A stretch of 64,000 bases of DNA from Chlamydiales bacterium (GTDB lineage: Bacteria > Chlamydiota > Chlamydiia > Chlamydiales > JACRBE01): NCBI GenBank assembly GCA_016213235.1, contig JACRBE010000043.1:18407-82406 (forward strand), read 5' to 3'. The position numbers and the translations under genes were made by a program. Of the stretch, positions 20,113-29,750 are shown one piece after another. Position 1 is the stretch's first letter; the number at the start of each line of letters is the position of its first letter. Below the pieces are notes generated by a model. The model ran no database searches and was not told the DNA's origin. It saw only the letters and a list, made by a program, of their open reading frames with translations.

Positions 20113-20249
20113 GCTTTTATCTAAAAAAATGCATTTAACACATACTGTTATAACATTCTTTGACTGTTAAAAAAAGATCCATTTAAAGCAATACAATGTT
20201 GCATAGTAGAAACAAACATTTGAACGGTAAGCGACTTTTGCCTGGTTGT

Positions 20250-22943
20250 TCATCCTTGCCTTTTCTGAAATATTCGATTAATCACATAACCACTGATCCC
20301 AACACCCAAAGCTACAACAGCAATAACTCCCCATTCATTTAACCCTAATCCAACTGTTCCGAAGACTTTCTGTAATGGGGAAAGATAAACAATCATCAGC
20401 TGAACAAATAGCGAACTTACCAAAGCGCCAATGATCCATCGATTGGAAAAAAATCTGATATGGTACTGCGATCTCACCATTTGCACCCGAACAAGTTCCA
20501 ATACGACAAGAGTTGTAAAAGCCATTGTTTGTGCCAAGGCTGCGCTTGTACGTAATCCAAAATGACAGGCAACAAGCGTACCTGCAGCAATTGTACTGCT
20601 GATTAACACAAACTGCAGAGAAAATCTCGATGAAAAAATGGGTTCGTTTGATTTTCTGGGAAGCCTTTCCATCGCTTTTGGATCGATGGGGTCCATCCCT
20701 AAAGCAATAGCAGGAAAGCCATCTGTAACAAGATTTAAGAGCAAAAGTTGAACGGCAGATAAAGAGACAAATGGACCTCCAGCAGGATCTTTAAACCCAA
20801 TAGCCATCCCTGCAAAAATGACCATGAGTTCAGCAATATTCGAAGAAAGCAAATAATTAACGAATTTAATGATATTATCATAAATTCCTCTTCCTTCTTC
20901 AACTGCATTGACAATAGATGCAAAATTATCATCGGTGATGACCATATCGGCAGATTCTTTAGTGACATCGGTTCCTTTAATCCCCATGGCTATCCCAATG
21001 TCTGCCTCTTTAATCGCAGGAGCATCATTCACGCCATCGCCTGTTACTGCAACAATCTCTCCTAAACTTCTCCACATCCGTACAATACGCAGTTTATGTT
21101 CCGCTGAGACACGGGCATAAATACAAATACTTCGAATAGATTGTTGCAGCTCTTCATCGCTCATCTGTTGTAGCTCTATCCCACTAATCGAGAGTTTCCC
21201 TTCCGTCATTAATCCCAATTCCTTTGCTACCGCTTCTGCTGTATCTTTATGATCGCCTGTGATCATCACGGGAATAATGCCTGCTTTCATGCATGTTTGA
21301 ACTGCCTGTTTAACTTCGTCTCTTGGGGGGTCCATCATGGCCATTAGGCCAACAAAAGTGAGATTATCTTCCATTGATTCATCTATGCCATTGTCGGACT
21401 CAATGTCTCGATAGGCCATGGCTAGCACTCTTAACGCCTGTGCAGCGAAATCATGATTGCTATTTAGGATTTCTTGTCTGAGAAGGGGTGTGAGGGTTAT
21501 CTTACTACCCCTAAGAAGAACTGTTTGACAACGGTTTAGAATGAAATCAGGTGCTCCCTTAACAAAAAGAACATTTCCATTAGGAGTCTTTCTAAGAACA
21601 CTCATCCGTTTGCGCTCCGAATCAAAAGGAATCTCTCCAAGAAGAGGATTCGCCGTCTCAACCTCTTGCTTTTTTATTCCTCCTTTTTCTGCGACAACGA
21701 TCAACGCTCCTTCCGTAGGGTCGCCAGTAATTTGCCAGCCTTGGCTTCCATGCGTGAGATTGGCACTATTACACAATACTCCCGTTTCAAGAAGACACCT
21801 TAATTCATGGAAGTCTATAGGAGAAAGAGATTGCGACTTTAATGCAAAATTTCCAGTCGGTGTATATCCTACACCAGAAACATCGATCTGTTCTTGATTG
21901 ACCCATATCTTTCTCACACTCATCTCATTTTTCGTTAGAGTCCCTGTTTTGTCAGTGCAGATCACAGAGGTGCATCCCAGTGTCTCAACTGATGGAAGGT
22001 GGCGAATAAGTGCTTTACGCTTTGCCATTTTCCGCACACCGATAGCGAGCGCAATGGTTACAATTGCAGGTAATCCTTCTGGCACAGCAGCAACTGCCAG
22101 GCTTGTCGCTATTAAAAGGATATTAAGAGAAGAATTCCCTTGCAGTATCCCAAGGATAAAAACAATTGCAACAATACATAAGCAAAGGAAAACCAGTCGA
22201 CGTCCTAATCCGGCTAAGCGAATTTGCAAAGGGGTCTGTTCTTCCCTGTGCTCGCTTAACAGGGAAGCGATCATTCCAAGTTCAGTATTTAACCCTGTCG
22301 CGGTCACTAGCATATGGCCTTTGCCACCAAGAACGACTGTTCCCATAAAGACCATATTTTTTCGATCGCCAATGGGTAATTCGCTCGCTGTAAGCGGATC
22401 AAGTATTTTATGAACAGGTAAAGATTCCCCTGTAAGAGAGGCTTCTTGTGTGGATAGTTGAATAGATTGGATAACTCTTCCATCTGCTGGAACCAAATCG
22501 CCAGCTTCTAACAAAATAAGATCTCCAGGAACAATCTCTCTTGAAAGAACAGTTTGTAGAATACCATTACGAATCACTTTACAGGTAGGAGTCGCAAGCT
22601 TCTTTAGCGCGGCAAGAGAGCGCTCTGCGTTGATTTCCTGGACAAATCCTATGATTGCATTAAGAATAACGATGATGAGAATCGTTATTGCCTCTACCCA
22701 TTCGCCTAAAACCATGGCAATGACTGCTGCGATAATTAAAACCCATACGATAAAGCTGGCAAATTGGTTTAGAAAAAGTTTCAATGGGGAAGGCGGTTTG
22801 GGCTTTGGTAACTCGTTAAACCCGTAACTTTCTAATCTTATTTTTGCAGCAGAAAAGAACAATCCTCGATGGGGATTAGTATCTAATTCCTTGCAAGTCT
22901 GTACTGTGGAAAAACTCCACCACGGTTTCTGCTCTGCCGGCAT
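20250..22943 (-). CDS. Cation-translocating P-type ATPase (P2A, Ca2+-type)
   Basis: LTGES, VPEGLP, ICTDKTGTLT, KGAPD, TGDGVNDAPA, NLVTDGFPAIALG. Confidence 0.93.
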   Translation of the reverse strand: MPAEQKPWWSFSTVQTCKELDTNPHRGLFFSAAKIRLESYGFNELPKPKPPSPLKLFLNQFASFIVWVLIIAAVIAMVLGEWVEAITILIIVILNAIIGFVQEINAERSLAALKKLATPTCKVIRNGILQTVLSREIVPGDLILLEAGDLVPADGRVIQSIQLSTQEASLTGESLPVHKILDPLTASELPIGDRKNMVFMGTVVLGGKGHMLVTATGLNTELGMIASLLSEHREEQTPLQIRLAGLGRRLVFLCLCIVAIVFILGILQGNSSLNILLIATSLAVAAVPEGLPAIVTIALAIGVRKMAKRKALIRHLPSVETLGCTSVICTDKTGTLTKNEMSVRKIWVNQEQIDVSGVGYTPTGNFALKSQSLSPIDFHELRCLLETGVLCNSANLTHGSQGWQITGDPTEGALIVVAEKGGIKKQEVETANPLLGEIPFDSERKRMSVLRKTPNGNVLFVKGAPDFILNRCQTVLLRGSKITLTPLLRQEILNSNHDFAAQALRVLAMAYRDIESDNGIDESMEDNLTFVGLMAMMDPPRDEVKQAVQTCMKAGIIPVMITGDHKDTAEAVAKELGLMTEGKLSISGIELQQMSDEELQQSIRSICIYARVSAEHKLRIVRMWRSLGEIVAVTGDGVNDAPAIKEADIGIAMGIKGTDVTKESADMVITDDNFASIVNAVEEGRGIYDNIIKFVNYLLSSNIAELMVIFAGMAIGFKDPAGGPFVSLSAVQLLLLNLVTDGFPAIALGMDPIDPKAMERLPRKSNEPIFSSRFSLQFVLISSTIAAGTLVACHFGLRTSAALAQTMAFTTLVVLELVRVQMVRSQYHIRFFSNRWIIGALVSSLFVQLMIVYLSPLQKVFGTVGLGLNEWGVIAVVALGVGISGYVINRIFQKRQG

Positions 22944-23079
22944 TTTTTACCCATAACCCCTGCTATTCTGTAGAGTCCCCCTTCCCGCAAAATATCTTTA
23001 TGTTAAAATTTTTTCCATTATATTCCCCTTTTTATGGGAAAAGGTAAAAAACGCGCATGTCAAGAAGCTTCCCAGATCC

Positions 23080-23377
23080 TCACATTGCTTGATGCGTGAC
23101 GTTCGAATTATTAAATAAGCGATACGTCGCCTTGAGATCTGCTTAATCATCAAAACAACCCCGCCAATCAATTAGCATATCTACGCTTACATCAATTTGG
23201 ATTAAGTTGAGATAAACTTGCTGGTTTTGTTTTGGAAGATTTTGTAGACTTTGTCATGACAAGCTCCTTCTATGTTTTGGTTTTTGGTAAACAGAAAGAT
23301 AAAAGGACTTGTTTTTTTTGAATGTTATTTGTAGATGTCTTTGGGGAACCCGGTACGGAGCTTATGGGTTAGGATAG
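23080..23377 (-). pseudogene. Decayed IS4-family (IS50/Tn5-like) transposase 5' fragment with a probable terminal inverted repeat
   Basis: Minus strand: CTATCCTAACCCATAAG at 23377-23361, AAGGAG RBS, ATG 23257 (MTKSTKSSKTKPASLSQLNPN*), then in another frame GCFDD*ADLKATYRLFNNSNVTHQAM*. This matches the WA..KAAYR.F.N..V motif of the Tn5-type N-terminal domain. Confidence 0.65.
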
Positions 23378-23385
23378 TCGGTATT

Positions 23386-25224
23386 TTAGCAGCATTCTTG
23401 ATAAGTGTGCTTTTTAATAAACACCATTAATACTGAAATATCTGCAGGAGATATACCTGTAATTCTGGATGCCTGTCCTAAGTTAGAGGGAGTAAATTGG
23501 ATTAGTTTTTCTTTAGCTTCATTTCTTAACCCCTTTACTTCTTGATAATTAACAAGTCTTGGGATTGTAATATTCTCTAAATACATTAATTCAGAAATCA
23601 TTCTCGTTTGTCTGTCAATGTATCCGGCATATTTAATATGTAGCTCGATTTGACGTCCTATATCTTCATCATAAGGCACGACATCATTTGGATACTGCTC
23701 TGTTAGCATCTCATACGTATATTCTGGACGAGATAAGAGCTGCGCTAAGGTGACCGTTCTTTCATTGACCTGTTTTTTGATTTCTTTTAAGCGCCCTGTC
23801 TGCACTTCCAAAGCCTCTTTTTTTATTTGAAGACGGCGATATTGTTCTTCCGATATAACCCCCATCTGATAGGCATATTCTCTTAGGCGTAAATCGGCAT
23901 TATCTTGTCTTAACAATAAGCGGTGTTCGGCGCGCGAAGTAAACATGCGATATGGTTCTGTCAATTCTTTAGAAGTAATTTCTTCGATCATAACGCCAAT
24001 ATAACTCTCAGCTCTGCTTAAGATAAAAGGTGCTTTGTCTTGTGTTTTTAGCGTGGCATTGATGCCGGCGATCAGCCCTTGTCCTGCAGCTTCTTCATAG
24101 CCGGTTGTACCATTTATTTGACCGGCAAAATAAAGACCGGAAACATTTTTTGTTTCGAGTGTCATAGCTACTTGGCCGCTGATAGCATAATCATATTCAA
24201 TAGCATAGGCAGCGCGCATGATGTCTGCTGACTCAAGACCGGTAATAGATCGAATCATCGGTAGCTGTACATCAAAAGGCAAAGAAGAGGAAACTCCATT
24301 CACATATACTTCATTGGTATGTGTGCCTTCAGGTTCTAGAAAAACTTGGTGTCTTTCCTTGTCAGCAAAACGTTTGATTTTATCTTCAATAGAAGGACAA
24401 TATCTTGGACCACGAGATTGAATTCTACCAGAATACATTGCAGAGCGATGGATATTGTCTTCGATAATAGATTGAGTTTCTTGTGTGGTATAGGTGATAA
24501 AACAAGACACTTGAGGCAATTTTCTTTTTTCACCATCATAAGAAAAATGGACATCATCTTCACCAGGTTGCTCTTCGCATTTGCTATAGTCGATTGACTT
24601 ACCATTGACACGAGGCGGTGTGCCTGTTTTTAGTCTGCCGAGTTTAAATCCAAGATCTTCTAGCGATTTAGATAATCCCACCGATGGTTTATCTCCAGCC
24701 CTGCCACCTGCATGAGATAGCTCTCCTATATGGATAAGACCTCTCATAAAAGTACCGGACGAAATAATTACTGTTTTAGATCGATAACAAATACCTTCTA
24801 GAGTCTCTACACCATCTATTTTTCCAGCATGTACAATGAGCTGTTCTACAGTGCCTTGTTTGATTTGTAGAGAGGGAAGATTTTCCAGATGATGTTTCAT
24901 CTCTAAGGCGTACATCGCTTTATCGGATTGCGCTCTTGGAGACCAAACAGCAGGGCCTTTGGTTCGATTGAGCATTCTAAATTGAATACCCGTCCTATCT
25001 GCCATCTTGCCCATAATGCCGCCAAGGGCATCGATTTCTCTTACGATATGCCCTTTTGCGGTACCACCAATTGCAGGATTGCAACTCATTTTCCCAATGG
25101 TATCAAGATTCATTGTAAGCAATAATACTTTTGCTCCCATACTAGAAGCTATATGCGCCGATTCGCATCCGGCATGGCCTGCGCCAATTACAATAACATC
25201 AAAGAGTTCAGGATAAGTCCACAT
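23386..25224 (-). CDS. mnmG: tRNA uridine-5-carboxymethylaminomethyl modification enzyme MnmG
   Basis: [51 protein letters not shown]. Confidence 0.98.
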   Translation of the reverse strand: MWTYPELFDVIVIGAGHAGCESAHIASSMGAKVLLLTMNLDTIGKMSCNPAIGGTAKGHIVREIDALGGIMGKMADRTGIQFRMLNRTKGPAVWSPRAQSDKAMYALEMKHHLENLPSLQIKQGTVEQLIVHAGKIDGVETLEGICYRSKTVIISSGTFMRGLIHIGELSHAGGRAGDKPSVGLSKSLEDLGFKLGRLKTGTPPRVNGKSIDYSKCEEQPGEDDVHFSYDGEKRKLPQVSCFITYTTQETQSIIEDNIHRSAMYSGRIQSRGPRYCPSIEDKIKRFADKERHQVFLEPEGTHTNEVYVNGVSSSLPFDVQLPMIRSITGLESADIMRAAYAIEYDYAISGQVAMTLETKNVSGLYFAGQINGTTGYEEAAGQGLIAGINATLKTQDKAPFILSRAESYIGVMIEEITSKELTEPYRMFTSRAEHRLLLRQDNADLRLREYAYQMGVISEEQYRRLQIKKEALEVQTGRLKEIKKQVNERTVTLAQLLSRPEYTYEMLTEQYPNDVVPYDEDIGRQIELHIKYAGYIDRQTRMISELMYLENITIPRLVNYQEVKGLRNEAKEKLIQFTPSNLGQASRITGISPADISVLMVFIKKHTYQECC

Positions 25225-25229
25225 AAAAA

Positions 25230-25319
25230 TTATTTTTTCTTATGTCTATCTCTTCTTCTTCGTTTTTTTCTTTTGTGCTTGTTAATCTTGTATTTTCTTT
25301 TCTTTTTTACTGATGACAT
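25230..25319 (-). CDS. Small basic ribosomal protein bS22-like (AURKAIP1/COX24 domain)
   Basis: 29 aa [29 protein letters not shown]; AGGAG RBS; ends 5 bp before the mnmG start. Too short for the ORF track. Confidence 0.85.
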   Translation of the reverse strand: MSSVKKKRKYKINKHKRKKRRRRDRHKKK

Positions 25320-25604
25320 ATTGTTAAGTCTCTCCTAACGGAAAATAAAAGAGCAGTATATCAATTTTAAAAATTATTCGCTTTATGATTTCTTCAAAAT
25401 GATGAATTTTCTCATAAAACGATCAATGGGACAAAAAGCAACACAAGTGTTAAAAAACATTCTATCATAAATATTAAAATTTAATTTATACGATTATTAA
25501 AAAAAACATTTCATGAAATTATAAAAAAACTTTTAATTGATCGATTAATTATTAAATTATGGTATCTTCTAACCGGAAAACAAACCAAAACTTTTGGAGA
25601 AAAT

Positions 25605-26093
25605 ATGGATAATACAAGTATTACATTAGATCCTTTTGCAGGAGGGCCGATCCCACATGCTCATTTTGACGCAGCTCAAGTGAGTGGATCTCATCGCACA
25701 CCGGATGCATTTCGTAGTGCCGGAGGAACAGATGATGTCTTTGGTCAATCAAGTAGTTTCTTTCACACAACAGGAGATATGACTACAGGTTCAGGGTCAA
25801 AATCAGTAGCTCCGCTTGATGTTGATACTTCTACTCCAGGCATTGGTACGGCAGCCGCAGTAGGTTGTTGTGCATGTTGCTGCTTAACTTGTGCAGTTGC
25901 AATGAATATATTTAATACTCTTGCGTTTTTAGCATCTGTAGCGTTGCTTATAACCGGTATTGTTACGGTAAACCCTGTGTTTATCACAATAGGCGCGGTT
26001 GGAACAGCGGTATTCGGCCTTGCCTTTTTTGGCAATTGCTGCTGCCATGCTCAGACTTCTAGTGTCGATCAATCAAGATTAGATTTAGTATAA
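25605..26093 (+). CDS. Cys-rich membrane-hairpin protein, Inc-like (paralog 1)
   Basis: GGAG RBS; low-complexity N-terminus; CCACCCLTC, bilobed hydrophobic stretch, then CCC. Confidence 0.75.
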   Translation: MDNTSITLDPFAGGPIPHAHFDAAQVSGSHRTPDAFRSAGGTDDVFGQSSSFFHTTGDMTTGSGSKSVAPLDVDTSTPGIGTAAAVGCCACCCLTCAVAMNIFNTLAFLASVALLITGIVTVNPVFITIGAVGTAVFGLAFFGNCCCHAQTSSVDQSRLDLV

Positions 26094-26101
26094 TTTTTTA
26101 T

Positions 26102-26137
26102 TGGGCAATAGAGTTATAAATATTGCCCATCTTTTTT
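26102..26137 (+). terminator. Intrinsic terminator
   Basis: TGGGCAATA / TATTGCCCA stem followed by TCTTTTTT. Confidence 0.65.
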
Positions 26138-26162
26138 AACTTTTATCAATGTCGGAGGATCT

Positions 26163-26468
26163 ATGTCATGTTATATGGGTAGTTGTGGAGGAGGAAATCC
26201 TTTTTTGCAAGCTGGCATGCACAGTGGATCTCATATATCTCCGGGTGGAAATCCTCCATCTGGTACTAATAGTAGGTTTTTTAGTGGCTTACGTTGCTGT
26301 GCAGCATGCCAGGTTGCGATGAACATTCTTAAGACTCTAGCATTGTTACTATCTGTTGGGATGTTAATGGTAGGTGTTGTCACGCTAAATCCTACACTTA
26401 TCATTGTAGGCGCTATTGGAACTGCAATATTTGGCAGCTTTTTCTTTTCTGATTGCTGCTGTAATTAA
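26163..26468 (+). CDS. Cys-rich membrane-hairpin protein, Inc-like (paralog 2)
   Basis: GGAGG RBS; CCAAC-QVAMNILKTLA...NPTLIIVGAIGTAIFG...DCCCN aligns with paralog 1. Confidence 0.75.
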   Translation: MSCYMGSCGGGNPFLQAGMHSGSHISPGGNPPSGTNSRFFSGLRCCAACQVAMNILKTLALLLSVGMLMVGVVTLNPTLIIVGAIGTAIFGSFFFSDCCCN

Positions 26469-26507
26469 TCATTTTGATTGACTCCATGTTTTGCACAATT
26501 TATATAA

Positions 26508-26809
26508 ATAGCCATATTCATTGTTTATTCATATTTTCAAGAGACATTTAATATCATCGTTTTAGGATGTGGTGGAGGAGCCAGAGAGAATAATCTCTCC
26601 GGGTATCTTATTGCTCCCAAAGATGCAAATTATTTTATTGCTTTAGATGTGGGCAGCCTATTAGAAGGATTTTACCTTGCTAACAAGAAAAATAGCTTCC
26701 AATAAAAGGAGAAAACCCTGAGCAAATTATCCGCCGGGAATTAGAGCAGCAAAATGATCTTGGTATTCAATTTATCTTTCCTGATCAAGGAGACAAAGTA
26801 GAGCTTTAA
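26508..26809 (+). pseudogene. Class II cyclic-nucleotide phosphodiesterase (CpdP-like), internally deleted
   Basis: ETFNIIVLGCGGGARENNLSGYLIAPKDANYFIALDVGSLLEGFYLA (N-terminal motif, stop at 26703-26705) is joined out of frame to KGENPEQIIRRELEQQNDLGIQFIFPDQGDKVEL* (C-terminal motif). The HxHLDH core is absent. Confidence 0.7.
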
Positions 26810-26818
26810 ACAGAGTAT

Positions 26819-29566
26819 TTAATTATCAGGAGAAAAAGCGGCAAAAGCGCTATCATTTTTCATAGCAGGCTCATCATCGATCGGTGTATAATTTTGAAAC
26901 TGCGCGATAGATTTTCTAAAGGTAAGGTTAACATTGCCCACTTTGCCGTGTCTATTTTTAGCAACGATAAGTTCTGCTACGCCCGGTTTATGTTGTGGGT
27001 TGTAATATTCCGGTCTAAATAGAAACATTACGATATCCGAGTCCTGCTCAATGCTATTGTGCACGATGATGTCATTTGCAACAAAATTATGCACGTTTTC
27101 AACTGTAGCATCGTATACATCTACGAGATCTTTTTTTTCTATAGAAGTAACTTCATCCCAATAAACATCTGATTGAGCAAGATTTAATAGGGTTTGACTA
27201 GAGCAGATGTTTGCTAGAGAGTTCATCCTCCTACGGGAAAGTCCGGATTTAAACAAAGATGAACCACAATAAGACATTCCAAGGTTATGACAAAGTTCTC
27301 TCCAGCTTAATTTTGACTGTTCTTTTGCTGGTTTTATAAATAGATCCCAGGCTTCAGCTGGAATTGTATCCGTATTAGGATTTTCGATTGTTTGCTCCAG
27401 TAATTGAAGTAGACTTGGGACTATTTCACCTCTTTTTCCTGCAGACCCTACTTTTGATAGAAACACTTTTTGATGTGGCGCGCTTTGAACATGCACATGG
27501 TGCATGTTTCTATATCCTTTATTTGAAGGAACGGTTGCTAAAGTGCTTGGTATGCCTATACGTAAGAGTAATGCCTGTACTTGATGTGATAATGTATAAC
27601 TGGAAGAAGCATAATAGATGGCAGCACCGGGAGATTTCCCTTTATTTTTTACTAAACTGATATTTCCATCAGTGGCCCATAAATGATGAAGAAAAAGAGA
27701 AATTTTGTTTTCATTACATCCAAATATAGAATCGGGAATTCGTTTTTCATAGGAGCGAACGCGCTCAATGCCTAATTTGTTAAACCATAAAGTAATGGGG
27801 TGATATTTCCCATGTGTTAAATGATAAGGGCTTGGAAAATAAGAGTGATACCAATTTTTTTGTCGAACTGTTTTTGGGCTAATTTCAAACAATGAACTTG
27901 TACATTGATTAACGGTATTGATATTACTTTCGTCTGCACTTGTATAATGATAAGGTTGGTTAGGCAATATACAACCATCCCCAAGTAAATGCGCAAGGAA
28001 GGTCAGTTCGTTATCTTCAAGATCGCTTGTTTTTTCTTGAGAAGATAATGTACGTGGGATCGCAATGCGATCACCAGCAGATAAACTTTCTAATGCGACC
28101 CATCCATTTAGTTTTCTAAAAGGATGATTTGCACTTGCACTAATTGTACGGCCACTGCGTGTGCGAAGCTCATAAACAACTTTTTTCCCGGAGTAAAATG
28201 CTTTTGTCATTTGATGCTTACCTATCTTGAGGGTATCATCAATAGCATATACAGTAATTGGAGTTTGCACTTTTCTTGTCGCAAGTTCTTTAATAGTATA
28301 AAACTGCCCGGTAGTTGCATCTTGAATTTGGGTGTTACCGACGAGGCATCCGGATTCTCTCAAGTCAGAGAGCATAGGACGGTGTCCTGATCTCTCTTCT
28401 ACTTTTCTAGAGAGCTGAGAGAGACAAATAATCGGTACTTTTAATTCTCTGGCAAGGTTTTTCAGCATACGTGAAATTTCAGAGATTTCATTTTGTCTAT
28501 TGTCAGGTGAATAATTCGACCTTGATCCGGATAATAACTGGAGATAGTCAATAACAATTAATTCAACATTGTAAATTTCTTTTAGTCTTCTTGCTCTAGC
28601 TCTTAAGTCTGTTACTTTTAATCCTGGTTGGTCATCAATAATCAGTGTATGTTTCTGCATGGCATTAACAGCGGCAACAATGCGCTGATATTCAATACCA
28701 TCTAATGATCCAGCTTTAATTTTTTCCGATTCTACTTCTGATTGAGAGCAAATCATACGGTGTATCAATTCTTCTGCAGTCATCTCTAAAGAGAAAATAC
28801 CAACAGTTTTGTGTTGTTTAAAGCAGATGTTTTCCGCGATATTAAGAGCAAAAGCCGTTTTTCCCATGGAAGGGCGCGCCGCAAGAATTAATAGGTTAGC
28901 TTGGTTTAGTCCGTTAATTAATTTATCCAGGTCTGCAAATTGCGTGGGAATTCCGGATATAGGGGTGGCAGTGCTTCCCCGTTTATAGTATTCTTCCTGT
29001 TTTTCTTGAAGCTCTTTTAGATAAGGGAGTTTTGATTCTGCATTCATCCCTGATAATAAATCTTTAATATGAATGCCAACAGCAGCATTGGCGCTTTGGC
29101 TGATGGTAAAAAACATAGCCTGTGCTTCATCAAGCAGTGTGTTGACTTCTTGTTTTTCTTCAAACGACTCTTTCTCGATTTTTTTAGCAACCTCAATCAT
29201 TCTTCGCAGAATCGATTTGTTTTTAATCAAATCGACATATTCATCGATGTAGGCTGAGGTAGTAGCATACTGTGCAAGTGTTGTAAGATAAGCAACACCT
29301 CCCACGGCTTTTAACTCGCCTTGCCTTTTTAATTCCTCCGAAATGAGATGGATATCGGCTGGTTTATCGCTTTGATAAGCTGTTTTTAGTGTTTTAAAGA
29401 TAAGTTGATGTTCGGAGTAATAAAAATCCGTATGATAAAGGGCGTCTGCCGCAATATTCAAGCTATTTACACTTGTTAACATGCAGCCAAGAACCATCAT
29501 CTCCGATTCTTTGGAGTTCGGTAGCGTTTGGATTAAGGTTTTGGGGTCTTTTATTTTTTCAGTCAT
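26819..29566 (-). CDS. dnaB: Replicative DNA helicase DnaB (intein-containing precursor)
   Basis: AARPSMGKT Walker A, FSLEM, IDYLQL, LSQLSR; SDLRESG and SIEQDSD are split by an intein. Start taken at MTEKIK. Confidence 0.97.
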   Translation of the reverse strand: MTEKIKDPKTLIQTLPNSKESEMMVLGCMLTSVNSLNIAADALYHTDFYYSEHQLIFKTLKTAYQSDKPADIHLISEELKRQGELKAVGGVAYLTTLAQYATTSAYIDEYVDLIKNKSILRRMIEVAKKIEKESFEEKQEVNTLLDEAQAMFFTISQSANAAVGIHIKDLLSGMNAESKLPYLKELQEKQEEYYKRGSTATPISGIPTQFADLDKLINGLNQANLLILAARPSMGKTAFALNIAENICFKQHKTVGIFSLEMTAEELIHRMICSQSEVESEKIKAGSLDGIEYQRIVAAVNAMQKHTLIIDDQPGLKVTDLRARARRLKEIYNVELIVIDYLQLLSGSRSNYSPDNRQNEISEISRMLKNLARELKVPIICLSQLSRKVEERSGHRPMLSDLRESGCLVGNTQIQDATTGQFYTIKELATRKVQTPITVYAIDDTLKIGKHQMTKAFYSGKKVVYELRTRSGRTISASANHPFRKLNGWVALESLSAGDRIAIPRTLSSQEKTSDLEDNELTFLAHLLGDGCILPNQPYHYTSADESNINTVNQCTSSLFEISPKTVRQKNWYHSYFPSPYHLTHGKYHPITLWFNKLGIERVRSYEKRIPDSIFGCNENKISLFLHHLWATDGNISLVKNKGKSPGAAIYYASSSYTLSHQVQALLLRIGIPSTLATVPSNKGYRNMHHVHVQSAPHQKVFLSKVGSAGKRGEIVPSLLQLLEQTIENPNTDTIPAEAWDLFIKPAKEQSKLSWRELCHNLGMSYCGSSLFKSGLSRRRMNSLANICSSQTLLNLAQSDVYWDEVTSIEKKDLVDVYDATVENVHNFVANDIIVHNSIEQDSDIVMFLFRPEYYNPQHKPGVAELIVAKNRHGKVGNVNLTFRKSIAQFQNYTPIDDEPAMKNDSAFAAFSPDN
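27056..28348 (-). mobile_element. DnaB intein (431 aa) with LAGLIDADG homing endonuclease
   Basis: Begins CLVGNT after ESG; block B SANHPF; LAGLIDADG-like FLAHLLGDG and FLHHLWATDG; ends HNFVANDIIVHN before +1 Ser. Confidence 0.95.
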
Positions 29567-29579
29567 AAAGGTATACAAT

Positions 29580-29613
29580 AAGAAAGCCTTGAATTTTGAT
29601 TCAAGGCTTTCTT
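29580..29613 (-). terminator. Hairpin/terminator after tRNA-Ser
   Basis: Perfect 14-bp inverted repeat AAGAAAGCCTTGAA / TTCAAGGCTTTCTT. Confidence 0.7.
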
Positions 29614-29615
29614 TT

Positions 29616-29704
29616 CGGAAAGAGAGGGATTTGAACCCTCGGTACCCATTTAAGAGTACGCGTCCTTAGCAGGGACGTGCCTTCGGCCGCTCAGCCATCT
29701 TTCC
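29616..29704 (-). tRNA. tRNA-Ser (GCT)
   Basis: GGAAAGA/TCTTTCC acceptor stem, anticodon arm CGTCC-ctGCTaa-GGACG, long variable arm, GGTTCAAATCC T-loop; CCA not encoded. Confidence 0.95.
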
Positions 29705-29750
29705 AAAGTTGCGAAGATTTTATAATAAATATTCGTTTTAGAGCAACATT

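Noticed and set aside
14650-22827. Many plus-strand ORFs of 60-170 aa within the island
   Set aside because: Antisense shadows of well-supported minus-strand genes; the same applies to similar overlapping ORFs across the window.
22941-22957. ACCCATAA as the partner IS4 terminal repeat
   Set aside because: Only about 11 of 17 positions match, and it overlaps the ATPase start region; probably chance.
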